From a virus (Duplodnaviria > Heunggongvirae > Uroviricota > Caudoviricetes), in the IMG/VR virus record IMGVR_UViG_3300033067_001661, positions 205,624-269,623 of that record: a DNA stretch of 64,000 nt, one strand, 5' to 3'. Under the pieces are notes generated by a model that was not told the DNA's origin, made no database searches, and worked only from the letters and a program-made list of their open reading frames with translations. This document shows, one piece after another, positions 18,047-28,171 of this stretch. Made by a program: the position numbers and the translations under genes. Within the stretch, counting starts at the first letter, position 1; every line of letters begins with the position of its first letter.

Positions 18047-21000
18047 TTACTGTTCCGTAACATAATCAACTAATATAACATCTCCAGTTTGTGGTATATT
18101 ACCGCTTTCAAATGTTATTTCTTGTCCAGAAAGAGTATAATCATATCCAGAACCTGGCTTTTGTCTTAAGCCATTCTTATAAACCCTAAGAGTTCCAGAC
18201 TCTATACCGTTTGCTGTACTAAACAAAGCATTTGATCCATTAACTGTTCCGCTTGGAACTTCATTATAAATTTGAGTTCCAAGCTGTGCATTTGCTAGAG
18301 AAGTCCATGCCAAACTTCCTCCATCTCCAGTCAAAACATAATGCCCAGCACCAACAGGTATTCCTGATGGCAAAACTGGCCAAGTATAAGTTGAATCAGA
18401 AGAAAGATCGCTTGCTGCTCTGAAAATAATCTTGTTTGTTCCTAAACCAATCGACTCAAACATATGCAAAGAACCTTGATCTCTAAGAGCTATGGAACCA
18501 GATTCTATAGAAAGAGCATACGATCTTGTTATCGTTGCATTCGTACCAGCAACAGGATTGCCTGATATTGCAACAGTCGAAGCGTCTGATATTGTACTTG
18601 CAGAAACAAAGGCATATGTTGGAGCAGAAATCCTAATAGCTCTTTGGGTTGTCAAAGCGCCTGCGGCAAACTGTACAGTTCTAGCAAGATTTAGATAAAG
18701 ATCAGGAGACTCAGTAGAAGCCGTCAATGTTGTATGAGCGGCACCTGTATAAAGTATTCCAACAGGTGAACCGGATGTATGAACATCAGGAACTATTTGA
18801 GTTTTACCGCCAATATACAAAGCATAGTTTGTTGTTGCACCTGTTGGTGATTGAACATAAATACCATAGGCGGTTGTAACCGTAGAAACAGCGCCAGCTT
18901 CAATTCTAAGAGCAGAACTACTTGTAATTGTTGCATTTGTGCCAGCAACAGGAGCGCCTCCAATAGAAACAGTAGAAGCCGTAGTAATAGTGCTAGAAGC
19001 AACAAAAGCATAGGTAGGAGCTTGTATTCTAACCGCTCTTTGTGTTGTCAAAGCACCAGTTGAAAATTGTACAGTTCTAGCAAGATTGAAGTTGATATCA
19101 GTGGCTTCAGTAGAGGCTGTTAGAGAAGTATGAGCAGGTCCAGTTGCTGTAAGCAAAGTAGGAGAACCAGTTGTTCTAACAGCAGGATTGATTGTCCAAT
19201 CACCATGAGAATTAACATTGGAAACAAGAGTTCCGGCCCTTGTCCATTGTTGAAGAATTGCCGTCTGAGCGGAAGCTCCTCGAACCTCCATAACAACTTG
19301 ACTTGTTGTATCAGAAGCAGACTTAAATGTATTTCCAGGATCAGAAGTTGAGTTCCAGTTAGCTCTCCAGAAATACTGAGAGGTACTACCAAAGCCTGAT
19401 ATATAGAAATAAGGAACGGTTTCAGAACCAAGCCATATTGCCCAAACCGCAGAGCCAGCCGAAAAGCTTATACCCATAGTATTTGTAGAATGAGCAACGC
19501 TAATTCTGCCAGCAGCAGATGCTGAATTTACAAGAACATTACCGCTTGAATCAAGCTTGAGTCTATTCGTTCCTCCTGTTGCAAAATCAAGAGCATCAGC
19601 GCCGCTTGAATACATGCCTGTATTGCTGTCGCCGCTAATAGTATACGAAGGGGCTGTATTACTTCCAACAGGAGTTGCAATTTGTCCGCTTTCAATATTC
19701 AAAGCATAAGAGTTTGTAATCGTTGCGTTTGTACCAGCAACAGGAGCGCCAGAGATAGCAACAGTAGAAGCAGTTGTTATTGTACTTGAACCAACAAAAG
19801 CATAGGTAGGAGCTTGTATTCTAATCGCTCTTTGAGTTGTCAAAGCGCCTGTCGAGAACTGTACAGTTCTAGCAAGATTGAAGCTGATATCATTAACTTC
19901 AGTAGAAGCCGCTAATGTTGTATGAGCAGCACCTGTCATTGCAAATGACACAGGAGAGCCAGAAGCTTGAGCCTCGGGTGTAAAAACAACATTTGCCAAA
20001 TTATTGAAAAGCCAAACATTATTAGCCTTTGTCGCTATCTCAAATATGTTTGTTGACTGGCTTGATTCTCCAGAAAAACGACCAGCAGCAACAGACGCAG
20101 AAGCAGCCACCGCATTCAAAGAAGCTGTTGGAGCGGTAACATTAATACCAACTCTACCAGCTATATAAGCGCCATAATTGTTTGTTGCACCCGTTTGTAA
20201 ATCAACATAAAGACCATAAGAGTTTGTTGCTGTAGATACAGCACCAGCTTGAATTCTAAGAGCAGAGGTGTTTGTTAGAGCAACATTCGTTCCTTTAACA
20301 GGAGCGCCGCTAATGCTTAAAGTTGAAGCATGAGTTATCGTTTGAGTAGCCGCTGTTGCGGTATACGTTGGTGGATTAATATAAAATGCTCTAATCGCAG
20401 CAATAGTAGATCCAGTTGTAAACTGAACGTTTCTACTCAAATTGAAATGTATATCATTAACATCTCCAACCTGAGTTGATGTATGAGGCGGTCCTACAAG
20501 ATAAAATAATTTTGGACTTAAAGAATTGTTCTTTTCTGGAGGAGTAATTGAAATTTCAAGCGGTATGTCAATATAGTAATTTATACCAGATATCGTAATC
20601 GCAGAGTCAGCGCCAGCGTTTCCTCTTCCATATCTAACATAAACATTTATACCATTACCAAGAGTTCCGTCTTTATCGTATGGACCAAAGTAAAAATCGT
20701 CTCCATAAAGAGTGAATATTTCTGTTGGATCTCCGTCTAAATCTTCAGCATAAATACGAGTAGAATTATTCATTATAAAGTCAGAATAAAACCTCGGAAT
20801 AGTAGCTCCTTTAAAAGTTTCATAACCAATAGAAAAAACATTATTAGACAAAGAATCCTTAACGACAAAAAAGCTTGCGCTATCACCTCCATTTATAAGC
20901 TCAATTCCTCCCGTTGAGTCATTATAAAGCAATCTACTTGTTGTTGCAAAACTAATAGCGCCAGAAGAATTCGAAACTAAAAACCCACTATTACTTCCTG

Positions 21001-21457
21001 GCAATTCACCTGGAAGTATTAGATTGACACTTGAAGTTAGAGAAGCAGGAGCCTTTAGCGAAACATAACTCGTTCCATTTGGATTATCTTCTTCAAATCT
21101 AACTTCACCTTGATCCTTAACAAGGACCGTTCCGGCATTGTTAGTTGAACCAACGGTTATTGTATTTGTTGTTTTGTTCCAAGTTAGCTGAGGATCACCA
21201 GCCGAAACGCCAGAGTCATTAAACTGTATTTCCGTATCGCTACCAGCAGGAATGGTTGAAGCAGCGAGCAAAGACCATCCAGTATTACCAGTTCCAGATC
21301 CTTTAACGTATAGAGTATTTGCTGCATTAGAAGCGGTTGCATTTAGATAAACAGAGCCAACAGGCGCTGTTTCAACACCTTCTGGGCTACCGTTTCCTGT
21401 ATAAATCAGAACGGCTTGCGTTCCAAGAGAAATTTGAGATAAGAACTGATTAGCCAT
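18047..21457 (-). CDS. Fibre protein (1136 aa) with four ~85-aa repeats
   Basis: GSPEGVETAPVGSVY N-terminal motif; four AHTxL..FNLARTVQF..APTYAFV..GAPVAGTNATIT-type repeats. Confidence 0.75.
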   Translation of the reverse strand: MANQFLSQISLGTQAVLIYTGNGSPEGVETAPVGSVYLNATASNAANTLYVKGSGTGNTGWSLLAASTIPAGSDTEIQFNDSGVSAGDPQLTWNKTTNTITVGSTNNAGTVLVKDQGEVRFEEDNPNGTSYVSLKAPASLTSSVNLILPGELPGSNSGFLVSNSSGAISFATTSRLLYNDSTGGIELINGGDSASFFVVKDSLSNNVFSIGYETFKGATIPRFYSDFIMNNSTRIYAEDLDGDPTEIFTLYGDDFYFGPYDKDGTLGNGINVYVRYGRGNAGADSAITISGINYYIDIPLEISITPPEKNNSLSPKLFYLVGPPHTSTQVGDVNDIHFNLSRNVQFTTGSTIAAIRAFYINPPTYTATAATQTITHASTLSISGAPVKGTNVALTNTSALRIQAGAVSTATNSYGLYVDLQTGATNNYGAYIAGRVGINVTAPTASLNAVAASASVAAGRFSGESSQSTNIFEIATKANNVWLFNNLANVVFTPEAQASGSPVSFAMTGAAHTTLAASTEVNDISFNLARTVQFSTGALTTQRAIRIQAPTYAFVGSSTITTASTVAISGAPVAGTNATITNSYALNIESGQIATPVGSNTAPSYTISGDSNTGMYSSGADALDFATGGTNRLKLDSSGNVLVNSASAAGRISVAHSTNTMGISFSAGSAVWAIWLGSETVPYFYISGFGSTSQYFWRANWNSTSDPGNTFKSASDTTSQVVMEVRGASAQTAILQQWTRAGTLVSNVNSHGDWTINPAVRTTGSPTLLTATGPAHTSLTASTEATDINFNLARTVQFSTGALTTQRAVRIQAPTYAFVASSTITTASTVSIGGAPVAGTNATITSSSALRIEAGAVSTVTTAYGIYVQSPTGATTNYALYIGGKTQIVPDVHTSGSPVGILYTGAAHTTLTASTESPDLYLNLARTVQFAAGALTTQRAIRISAPTYAFVSASTISDASTVAISGNPVAGTNATITRSYALSIESGSIALRDQGSLHMFESIGLGTNKIIFRAASDLSSDSTYTWPVLPSGIPVGAGHYVLTGDGGSLAWTSLANAQLGTQIYNEVPSGTVNGSNALFSTANGIESGTLRVYKNGLRQKPGSGYDYTLSGQEITFESGNIPQTGDVILVDYVTEQ
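18500..20500 (-). repeat. Four dispersed ~260-nt repeats in the 1136-aa gene
   Basis: For example cataggtaggagcttgtattctaa at 19801 and 19009; more diverged copies near 18613 and 20360. Confidence 0.85.
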
Positions 21458-21460
21458 ACT

Positions 21461-23908
21461 TTATCCTACAACTACAACCCTATATTGAACTCCAACACCA
21501 GGTGCCGGTTTGAATGTTATTGTTACATAATTGACGTTTGGCGTACTAACCTCTGGATAAACAAGAATATCGCTAGAATTGTAAACTTGTACAGCAACAT
21601 TTTTTGAGTTCATGTTGTGAGTTATATTGAAAGCTGTCGTAGAGTTATCTCCAGTTATTGTTCCTGAGTATCTACGAGCTATTATCCATTCATAAGTACC
21701 ATTATCTATATACCACTGTTGATCGACCGTTTCCTTGAATCTTATGAAGGCATTATCACCAGTTCCGCCTGTACCCCTTTCAACTTCGATACCTGCGTCC
21801 AAAACAGCAGAAATGCTATTTACTGTTATGAAATTGTCTTCAACAAGAAGGGTTGAAGTATTAACTGTTGTTGTAGTTCCATTTATTGTAAGATTTCCTG
21901 TAACAGTCAAGTTTGTCGCAACTGTAACGTCTGTGTTGCCGCCAGAATCGCCAACTGTAAAGATTGGAGATCCGCCGCTAGTTTGAACTTCAAAAATCTT
22001 TGCTGGAGAAGTTGTTGTCTGCTTTACAACTAAGCCAACAACGCCCGAAGCAGTTGGAGCAACTGTGTTATCAGAAGTTGCAGCAGGAACAACTCTTAGA
22101 TATGTTCCTGTAAGAGATGGAATATCAGAGCTAAGTATATTTCTAAAAACAACATCACCCAATGTAGAGCTATTCGCTACGGCAAAATTATTAGCTACTT
22201 GCGTTCCTGAAGATATAGTAACAGTTCCGGTAAGGTTAGGAAGGGTTTGTGTCTTACCAGAAGAGCCAGAAGTTCCTTGAAGAGTTATTCTATTGGCCGC
22301 AACACCAAACTGAATAGAACCATTTCCAGTTGTATTAATCGAACCGCCACCATTATTTGTTGTAATCGAGCCACCAGCAGCGGTTCCTCCACCAGAAGTA
22401 TTTATTGAGCCGCCAGCATATATACCGCTTGCATAAGTGTAAATATTACCACCTGCCGCTCCATTTGCTCCCAAACCATCAGCGTCAGCGCCTCGGGTAT
22501 CTATGTTTCCGCCAGGGCCGCCAGATTCATTTGTTGAACCGTTTGTTTCTCCATTGCCACCATAGGTATAAATATTACCACCAGCGCCACCAGCACAGCC
22601 ATCATTAGCTCCGCCATCGCCGCCTTGCGTCTTAATATGTCCAGCGTTTCCGCCTGTACATCCAGTTCCAGCAACACCGCCGCCGCCGCCAAAAGTATAA
22701 ATATCTCCAGCCTGCCCACCAGAACCTGCGTCATCAGAACCGCTAAAAGTCCATATATCACCACCTCTTTGAGAAGAACCAACAGAACCTGTATTGATAC
22801 TACCACCAGGTTTACCTGTTGTCTGGGAAGATCCTGCTGTAGTTATACTTCCACCAACACTCAAATATCCTCTCGTGTCAATGGTTCCGCCTCTTGCTCC
22901 GTTACTTGTTCCTCCGTTTGTATAAATATTTCCACCAGTGGCATTAGTCGCGCTTCCTCCGCTTGCATTAATACTTCCTCCTGCGGCGGTCTGTCCTCTT
23001 GTCCAAATATTACCTCCAGCAGCAGAACCAAAACCATATGTATAAATTGAACCACCATCTGATGTAGAACCAGCAGAAGTAACAATAGAACCTGTTACTC
23101 TACCAGAATATGAATCCATTTGAATATAACCAACAGTTCCACCTGAGCCGGCATTGGTATTCAATCTCAAAACATAGGTAGAAGTTGCAGAACGATAGAC
23201 ATTAACAATATCAGCGCTACCGCTAGTTTGTACTGTAAAGACATTGTGAGCAGAGGAAAAAGTTCCCGAAGATTGTTTCACAATCAATGGAACAACGTCT
23301 GCAACGGTAGGCGCTATTATGTTTCTCGAAGAAGATCCTGGTGTAGTATGTATATATTGAGTATGATCATCATCCGATAGACCAGTTAACCCACCATGAT
23401 CGATTGATAAAGAAGCAACACTAATCCAAGTTGGAGCGCCTGCTCCACCGCTTTGCAAAAGCTGTCCGCTTACTCCCGCAGAAGTTATTGCTAAAGCAGA
23501 CGCTGTTGAATAAAGAATACCACCATTTACCGCTGTTAGGTTGGCATTTGTTCCACCGTCAGCAAGAGCAATAATTGCATTTGAATTATAAAGATTAGCA
23601 TTTATTGTACCGCTACCCGAAACGGTCAACGAAGCACCCGTACCAACAGTCATCGTTGCTGTTGTATTTGTTCCTGTCGTAACACCGCTAAACGGAACAG
23701 AAGAAGCAGTCGCAGAAGACATAGCAACCCAAGTTGTTCCGTCATAATAGAATGGTTTTTTATTAGAAGCATTCTCGTCATAGAATATTTGACCAGCAAC
23801 AGGAGTTGAAGGATAGCCGTCAATAACCGAATCTCTGTTTTCAATAACAGCGCTGATTAGGCTATTTTGGTCAAGATCTATATCAATTAGAAATTTTCTT
23901 GTTGCCAT
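21461..23908 (-). CDS. Gly-rich fibre protein (815 aa)
   Basis: DHGGLTGLSDDDHTQY motif, long GGxIxTxG repeat tract, C-terminal THN...V-x-VY...YRVVVVG module. Confidence 0.75.
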   Translation of the reverse strand: MATRKFLIDIDLDQNSLISAVIENRDSVIDGYPSTPVAGQIFYDENASNKKPFYYDGTTWVAMSSATASSVPFSGVTTGTNTTATMTVGTGASLTVSGSGTINANLYNSNAIIALADGGTNANLTAVNGGILYSTASALAITSAGVSGQLLQSGGAGAPTWISVASLSIDHGGLTGLSDDDHTQYIHTTPGSSSRNIIAPTVADVVPLIVKQSSGTFSSAHNVFTVQTSGSADIVNVYRSATSTYVLRLNTNAGSGGTVGYIQMDSYSGRVTGSIVTSAGSTSDGGSIYTYGFGSAAGGNIWTRGQTAAGGSINASGGSATNATGGNIYTNGGTSNGARGGTIDTRGYLSVGGSITTAGSSQTTGKPGGSINTGSVGSSQRGGDIWTFSGSDDAGSGGQAGDIYTFGGGGGVAGTGCTGGNAGHIKTQGGDGGANDGCAGGAGGNIYTYGGNGETNGSTNESGGPGGNIDTRGADADGLGANGAAGGNIYTYASGIYAGGSINTSGGGTAAGGSITTNNGGGSINTTGNGSIQFGVAANRITLQGTSGSSGKTQTLPNLTGTVTISSGTQVANNFAVANSSTLGDVVFRNILSSDIPSLTGTYLRVVPAATSDNTVAPTASGVVGLVVKQTTTSPAKIFEVQTSGGSPIFTVGDSGGNTDVTVATNLTVTGNLTINGTTTTVNTSTLLVEDNFITVNSISAVLDAGIEVERGTGGTGDNAFIRFKETVDQQWYIDNGTYEWIIARRYSGTITGDNSTTAFNITHNMNSKNVAVQVYNSSDILVYPEVSTPNVNYVTITFKPAPGVGVQYRVVVVG
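22330..23060 (-). repeat. GG-x-I-x-T-x-G repeat tract (about 15 copies)
   Basis: GGSIYTYG, GGNIWTRG, GGNIYTNGG, GGTIDTRG, GGDIWTFSG and similar in the translation. Confidence 0.85.
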
Positions 23909-23921
23909 TCATCCCTTTTCA

Positions 23922-24662
23922 TTATACGCAATAAGCTGTTCCTGTAATAGCTTTATTAAAATCTACAACTAATTGGTCTAAACTAACATGAGAAACCTGT
24001 CCTTCTATTTCAACATCGGAAGAATCTCTAACCGAAACAGAAGGCATTCTTCCCAAGTTATGAACAACAGACCATGTTGCTGAAGAAGAACTTTGTGTAT
24101 GAAGATAGTAAGCTTTATCTATGAAATCTTGGAGTACAACTCCTCTGTACAAATAAAACTCAACCGTACCATTAACAAGGCTTAGATTTGTTTCCGAAAC
24201 AACAACGCAAGCATATGGATCAAAAAACCAGTTTGTTACATCGCCAACAGGAACATCAACACCATTGTTCTTAAGTCTAACCGCATATCCTGTTGACGGA
24301 AAAGCAACTGAAGAACCAAAAGATTGAGGAATAGCGAAAGTCCAATTACTTATATAGTCTTGCGCAACAAAGCCTGGAAGAGTTGAGAAATATCCAGAAT
24401 ATCCTGACGGGAACTTTGCTCGCCAAGCCTTTCCTGAAGAAGCAACAATAGCTTCAAGATCTGCGGTTATTAGTTCAGCAACATTATCAGAAACAGCAGT
24501 AGCAGGAGTTTGACTAACAGAACTTCCCATAATCTGAGAAGCAGCAATAGATACCTGAGTACCTAAAGCCTCGTTAGGATGGTCAAAGGTGTTTGTTGTA
24601 TGCGCAACTCCAAGAAGCTTCTTGAATGCATACTTGCTTAGTGTTGTATCACTAAAAGGCAT
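23922..24662 (-). CDS. Structural protein with C-terminal HTQ...W-x-V-x-HNLG module (start moved to ATG 24662)
   Basis: TAATG stop/start overlap with the upstream gene; HNLGRMPSVSV...GTAY fibre-associated module. Confidence 0.7.
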   Translation of the reverse strand: MPFSDTTLSKYAFKKLLGVAHTTNTFDHPNEALGTQVSIAASQIMGSSVSQTPATAVSDNVAELITADLEAIVASSGKAWRAKFPSGYSGYFSTLPGFVAQDYISNWTFAIPQSFGSSVAFPSTGYAVRLKNNGVDVPVGDVTNWFFDPYACVVVSETNLSLVNGTVEFYLYRGVVLQDFIDKAYYLHTQSSSSATWSVVHNLGRMPSVSVRDSSDVEIEGQVSHVSLDQLVVDFNKAITGTAYCV

Positions 24663-26602
24663 TAGACACCCCACTCAATCTGTAAACTTGTCAAGTTGCC
24701 AGTCCAACCTTGAGGAGCAGATATTCTGTAATAAACCTTATTAAAACTACTGGCCGTATTCTTTGTACCGAAAGTTATACCAATACCATTAGCTCCTGTT
24801 GGTATGGTAGTATCAGAGCCATAAGTTGCCGAATAACATCCATCTCCATCACTCCAGCTACCTGGAACATAAGAAGTCTTTATATCCATCCATCCTGTTT
24901 GAGAAGGTAATCTTAAAGATATCTTGACTTGAGTGCTACTTGTTGTAAAAGAAGTTGCTTCAGAAATCAAAGTTGCAGTACCTGTTATTCTAAGCCTAAA
25001 GTTTGCAGCAACAGTTCCGTTTGTAAAATAGCCATAATAGTATCTAGTACCAGTTGCTGTTGAATAGTTAGGACTGCCAGAATAAGCATTTGGCATATTC
25101 GTTGTTGTAAAATCAATAGAAGGATAATATACCGCTCCATTTACGGTTTGCAAACCAGTAGTATAATTTACATTCATGCCAATAACGGATTCTGTTGAAT
25201 CCCAGTTTGCTGATAAGTTTGTAGCAAAGTTAGACCCTACATGAAGGCGATAGTTCTCGTCATCAAAGTAGTTTATCAAATCAGTTGATGTTGCTGATTG
25301 ATTATCAATCAAAAGAGTATAATCGCTTGTTATCGAAGAAGTAATCGTTGATTGGACCGTTCTTAGAGTTGAAGTGCTTACACCAAACCCATAGGTACTA
25401 GACTCTCCAACAAGACCTTTTATGATTCTCGTTTGGTCCATTGTTACGGTTTTAGCTAATACAATATCAGCCGCTTCATTACCAGAACAGTTTGGAATAG
25501 AAGAAGAAGAAATAGAACAGTTTCTGCTTGTTGGATGAGTAACAGCAGAGCCGCTGCTTGAATATGTATTCCTATAAGCGTTCTGTATGGTTATGTTATA
25601 AGTTGCCGTTGCACCCGTATGGTATCTTACACCAGATAGGTATTTACTACCCGTTGCAGAAAGACCGCTAAACGAAGCCGAAGCATACGAAGTCGCTGTT
25701 ACCGATGCGTCAATAACCAGGTTATAAGTCTGAGTAAGAGAGTCAGAAACCGAAACCCTATCATGCTTGACTTGTATGGTGTTATATCCATTACTCAAAT
25801 CGGCAGCAGTTACAATCCAGCCTCCTGTTCTATACTTTCTAAGAGAAAATGGTTGACTATTTGGAAAGTTAACAGGAGTTGCAGCAGATAATGAAGAAAA
25901 GCCGCTTCCATTACCATTGTAACTATTGCCTGAAGTAAAAACAGAAAGGTCTACAGAATGAACAACCGAACCATTCACCAAAAGCTGTAATACGCCTTCG
26001 TCAGCATATCCAAAAGAATCAGCAGGGTAGGCTCCGTTTGAGTCTGCAACAACATCGTCGTTGATAGTTCCAGTAACGCTTCCTCCTGAAGCGTATATAC
26101 CCTTTCGGTCTCCAGAAACTGTAAAAGACTGATCAACTAAAACGTCAGGAACATTGTTATAACCAGATATAGTATTAGAAACGTCAAACGACAGCTTTCC
26201 AGAAACGCCAGAAGCCGAAGCATAGGATATATAATCCAAATCAGGAGCATTTGGCGGCAAAAGATTATCTAGCAAATCAGTATTTGAATCACAACATTGC
26301 TCAACGTCACAAACTCTCAAAACTATTTGATCAAGAGCGTCATTTACGTTACCAGGGTCACTACTACCTTGCCAACAAGAAGCAGCATCAACCGAAGGGG
26401 TATAGGTAATAATCGAAGCGTCTACATCTCCAATTGGGCCTCCTCCGCCATTTATCTCTATCTCATGAACTCTATCAGCAAGTTCGTCTAAAGCAATCTG
26501 AACAGTTCCAGGGTTGCCTATCCAGTCCACAGCCTCTGACGGCAAGTAGTTAATCTCACTTGCGTCAGGATAGCAGCATCTATTACGAGGGACATGGGGC
26601 AT
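24662..26602 (-). CDS. Structural protein (646 aa)
   Basis: Two N-terminal DASxIxYxPS...VxxALDx[LI] repeats; S/T/G-rich beta body; GGAG RBS. Confidence 0.7.
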   Translation of the reverse strand: MPHVPRNRCCYPDASEINYLPSEAVDWIGNPGTVQIALDELADRVHEIEINGGGGPIGDVDASIITYTPSVDAASCWQGSSDPGNVNDALDQIVLRVCDVEQCCDSNTDLLDNLLPPNAPDLDYISYASASGVSGKLSFDVSNTISGYNNVPDVLVDQSFTVSGDRKGIYASGGSVTGTINDDVVADSNGAYPADSFGYADEGVLQLLVNGSVVHSVDLSVFTSGNSYNGNGSGFSSLSAATPVNFPNSQPFSLRKYRTGGWIVTAADLSNGYNTIQVKHDRVSVSDSLTQTYNLVIDASVTATSYASASFSGLSATGSKYLSGVRYHTGATATYNITIQNAYRNTYSSSGSAVTHPTSRNCSISSSSIPNCSGNEAADIVLAKTVTMDQTRIIKGLVGESSTYGFGVSTSTLRTVQSTITSSITSDYTLLIDNQSATSTDLINYFDDENYRLHVGSNFATNLSANWDSTESVIGMNVNYTTGLQTVNGAVYYPSIDFTTTNMPNAYSGSPNYSTATGTRYYYGYFTNGTVAANFRLRITGTATLISEATSFTTSSTQVKISLRLPSQTGWMDIKTSYVPGSWSDGDGCYSATYGSDTTIPTGANGIGITFGTKNTASSFNKVYYRISAPQGWTGNLTSLQIEWGV

Positions 26603-26616
26603 ATGCAGAAACTCCG

Positions 26617-27447
26617 CTAGTCTTTGCTAGACAACCGACCTATTTCGTTATATAGAATTTGAGGATTTTTGATGTCAAATCCTTTACCTCTTAGGTAATG
26701 ATAAGACAAAACGCCTATACCCGCAACAGCCGCAGCGCAGAGGCTACTCCCTGCAACTGTCGCAAATTTTGAATCAACAAACGTTGTCTCAAAGTCTTGC
26801 GATGGCAATATAACGCCTTTTGTTTTTCCAGCATGCTTAATGACTTCATTACTGTTTATATTATTCGAATATCCAACCGAAAAAACCTCGTCGTATCTTG
26901 CTGGAAAATCCATATCCTTCGTTCGGGATGTACAGTTCCCTCCTGCCGCAAACATTGAAATCCCAGATCTGTTAACCTTTCGTATAGCATCTCTTAAGCC
27001 GTCATGCTCAAACTGAGAGCCAAAAGACATAAGAACAATATCTACTTCTCTAACTATGCACCACAAAAGAGCGTCTATAACAGCCTCATGGACTCCTGTT
27101 CCGTCAGCGTCCAAAAGAGTCTTCGCAAAATATAAGTCTGTCTCAGGAGCTAGCCCTTTTATGCCGCTCTTGCCATTTGCCGCAATAACGCCAGCCAAGG
27201 AGGTGGAATGACCAAAAACGTCAAAAACGCTACCGCTAGAAGTAAAATTTGAGCTTTTGTAAACGTCAGCGGCTATGTCTTTATGCATAGGGACGCCGCT
27301 ATCAATAATGGCTAATCTAACATACTTCCCTGTTGCTTGTATATTTTGGAATCCAAAGTAGGGAGTAGTATATTGAATCTTCTTAGCTGGATAATCGTGA
27401 ACATTCTTTATGTTCGTTTTGCGTGATTGAATTGCTCCATGCGACAT
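26617..27447 (-). CDS. Subtilisin-like S8 serine peptidase
   Basis: LAIIDSG (Asp), GHSTSLAGVIAA (His), AAGGN (oxyanion Asn), GSSLCAAAVAG (Ser). Confidence 0.85.
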   Translation of the reverse strand: MSHGAIQSRKTNIKNVHDYPAKKIQYTTPYFGFQNIQATGKYVRLAIIDSGVPMHKDIAADVYKSSNFTSSGSVFDVFGHSTSLAGVIAANGKSGIKGLAPETDLYFAKTLLDADGTGVHEAVIDALLWCIVREVDIVLMSFGSQFEHDGLRDAIRKVNRSGISMFAAGGNCTSRTKDMDFPARYDEVFSVGYSNNINSNEVIKHAGKTKGVILPSQDFETTFVDSKFATVAGSSLCAAAVAGIGVLSYHYLRGKGFDIKNPQILYNEIGRLSSKD

Positions 27448-28171
27448 TTGATATCCCGTAATGATTGCCTTTGCTAAAGAATTCTATCTTATAAGGCAAG
27501 CCCATAGTGTCTAAAAACTCGACTTCTTTGCGCAAAGCAATTGAAGCATGCAAAGCGAACAAATCGTCAGTTATAATGTACATATACCTATTGATTTCAT
27601 CCATTTTCTTCAGCAAACTTTTTCTATTCGGAACCGTTGAAACGCTAGAGCCTGAAATCTGTAAATTGTTATTTACAAAGCCTCTTAGTCCTTCGTTTGA
27701 AATTGAAAGTCCAATACTATTCTTCTTTGTTCTGTTCTTTGGATAATAAGAAAGATCATAGCCTTCTCCTCTCCATGTCATTCCACAAAACTTGAAAAGT
27801 ACCTGCAAAAAATGTTTATCTGTTTTTCTGTTACCATAAACAATACCATAGTAATCTTCAACTTCTTTACTCGAAAAACCAACCGAACCCCGTTCTTCTA
27901 CAAAACCAATTACATTAGGCGACAAAGAGGAAGAAAAGGTTGAACAATGAATATCTGGCGTTAGATTTATTGCCAAATCAAAACTGTTCTCATAACCAAA
28001 TTCTTCCACTGAAACAGCAACCTTCTTGCTAAATGATAAGATAGGCAAACATTCAGGTTGTACAAAAAAGGTTACTGAACAGTCTTTATACGCTTTCGCA
28101 AGCCCTCTAATAAGGCTTGTGCAAGCAAGAAGGTTCCAAGGTTCTTCATGATTTATTACAGCTATGTTCAT
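27383..28171 (-). CDS. Divergent GT9 (heptosyltransferase-like) glycosyltransferase
   Basis: LACTSLIRGLAKAYKDCSVTFFV and TDDLFALHASIALRKEV align with GT9 N- and C-terminal motifs; DLAINLT. Confidence 0.55.
   Translation of the reverse strand: MNIAVINHEEPWNLLACTSLIRGLAKAYKDCSVTFFVQPECLPILSFSKKVAVSVEEFGYENSFDLAINLTPDIHCSTFSSSLSPNVIGFVEERGSVGFSSKEVEDYYGIVYGNRKTDKHFLQVLFKFCGMTWRGEGYDLSYYPKNRTKKNSIGLSISNEGLRGFVNNNLQISGSSVSTVPNRKSLLKKMDEINRYMYIITDDLFALHASIALRKEVEFLDTMGLPYKIEFFSKGNHYGISNVAWSNSITQNEHKECSRLSS

Noticed and set aside
17031-20500. Diversity-generating retroelement template and variable repeats in the fibre genes
   Set aside because: Differences between copies are mixed and mostly synonymous, not adenine-specific; the repeats are in-frame internal modules; no reverse transcriptase in the window
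27383-27447. 65-nt overlap of the GT9-like and S8 ORFs as a frameshift fusion
   Set aside because: Both proteins look complete as separate ORFs and I saw no convincing slippery site; treated as an ordinary overlap
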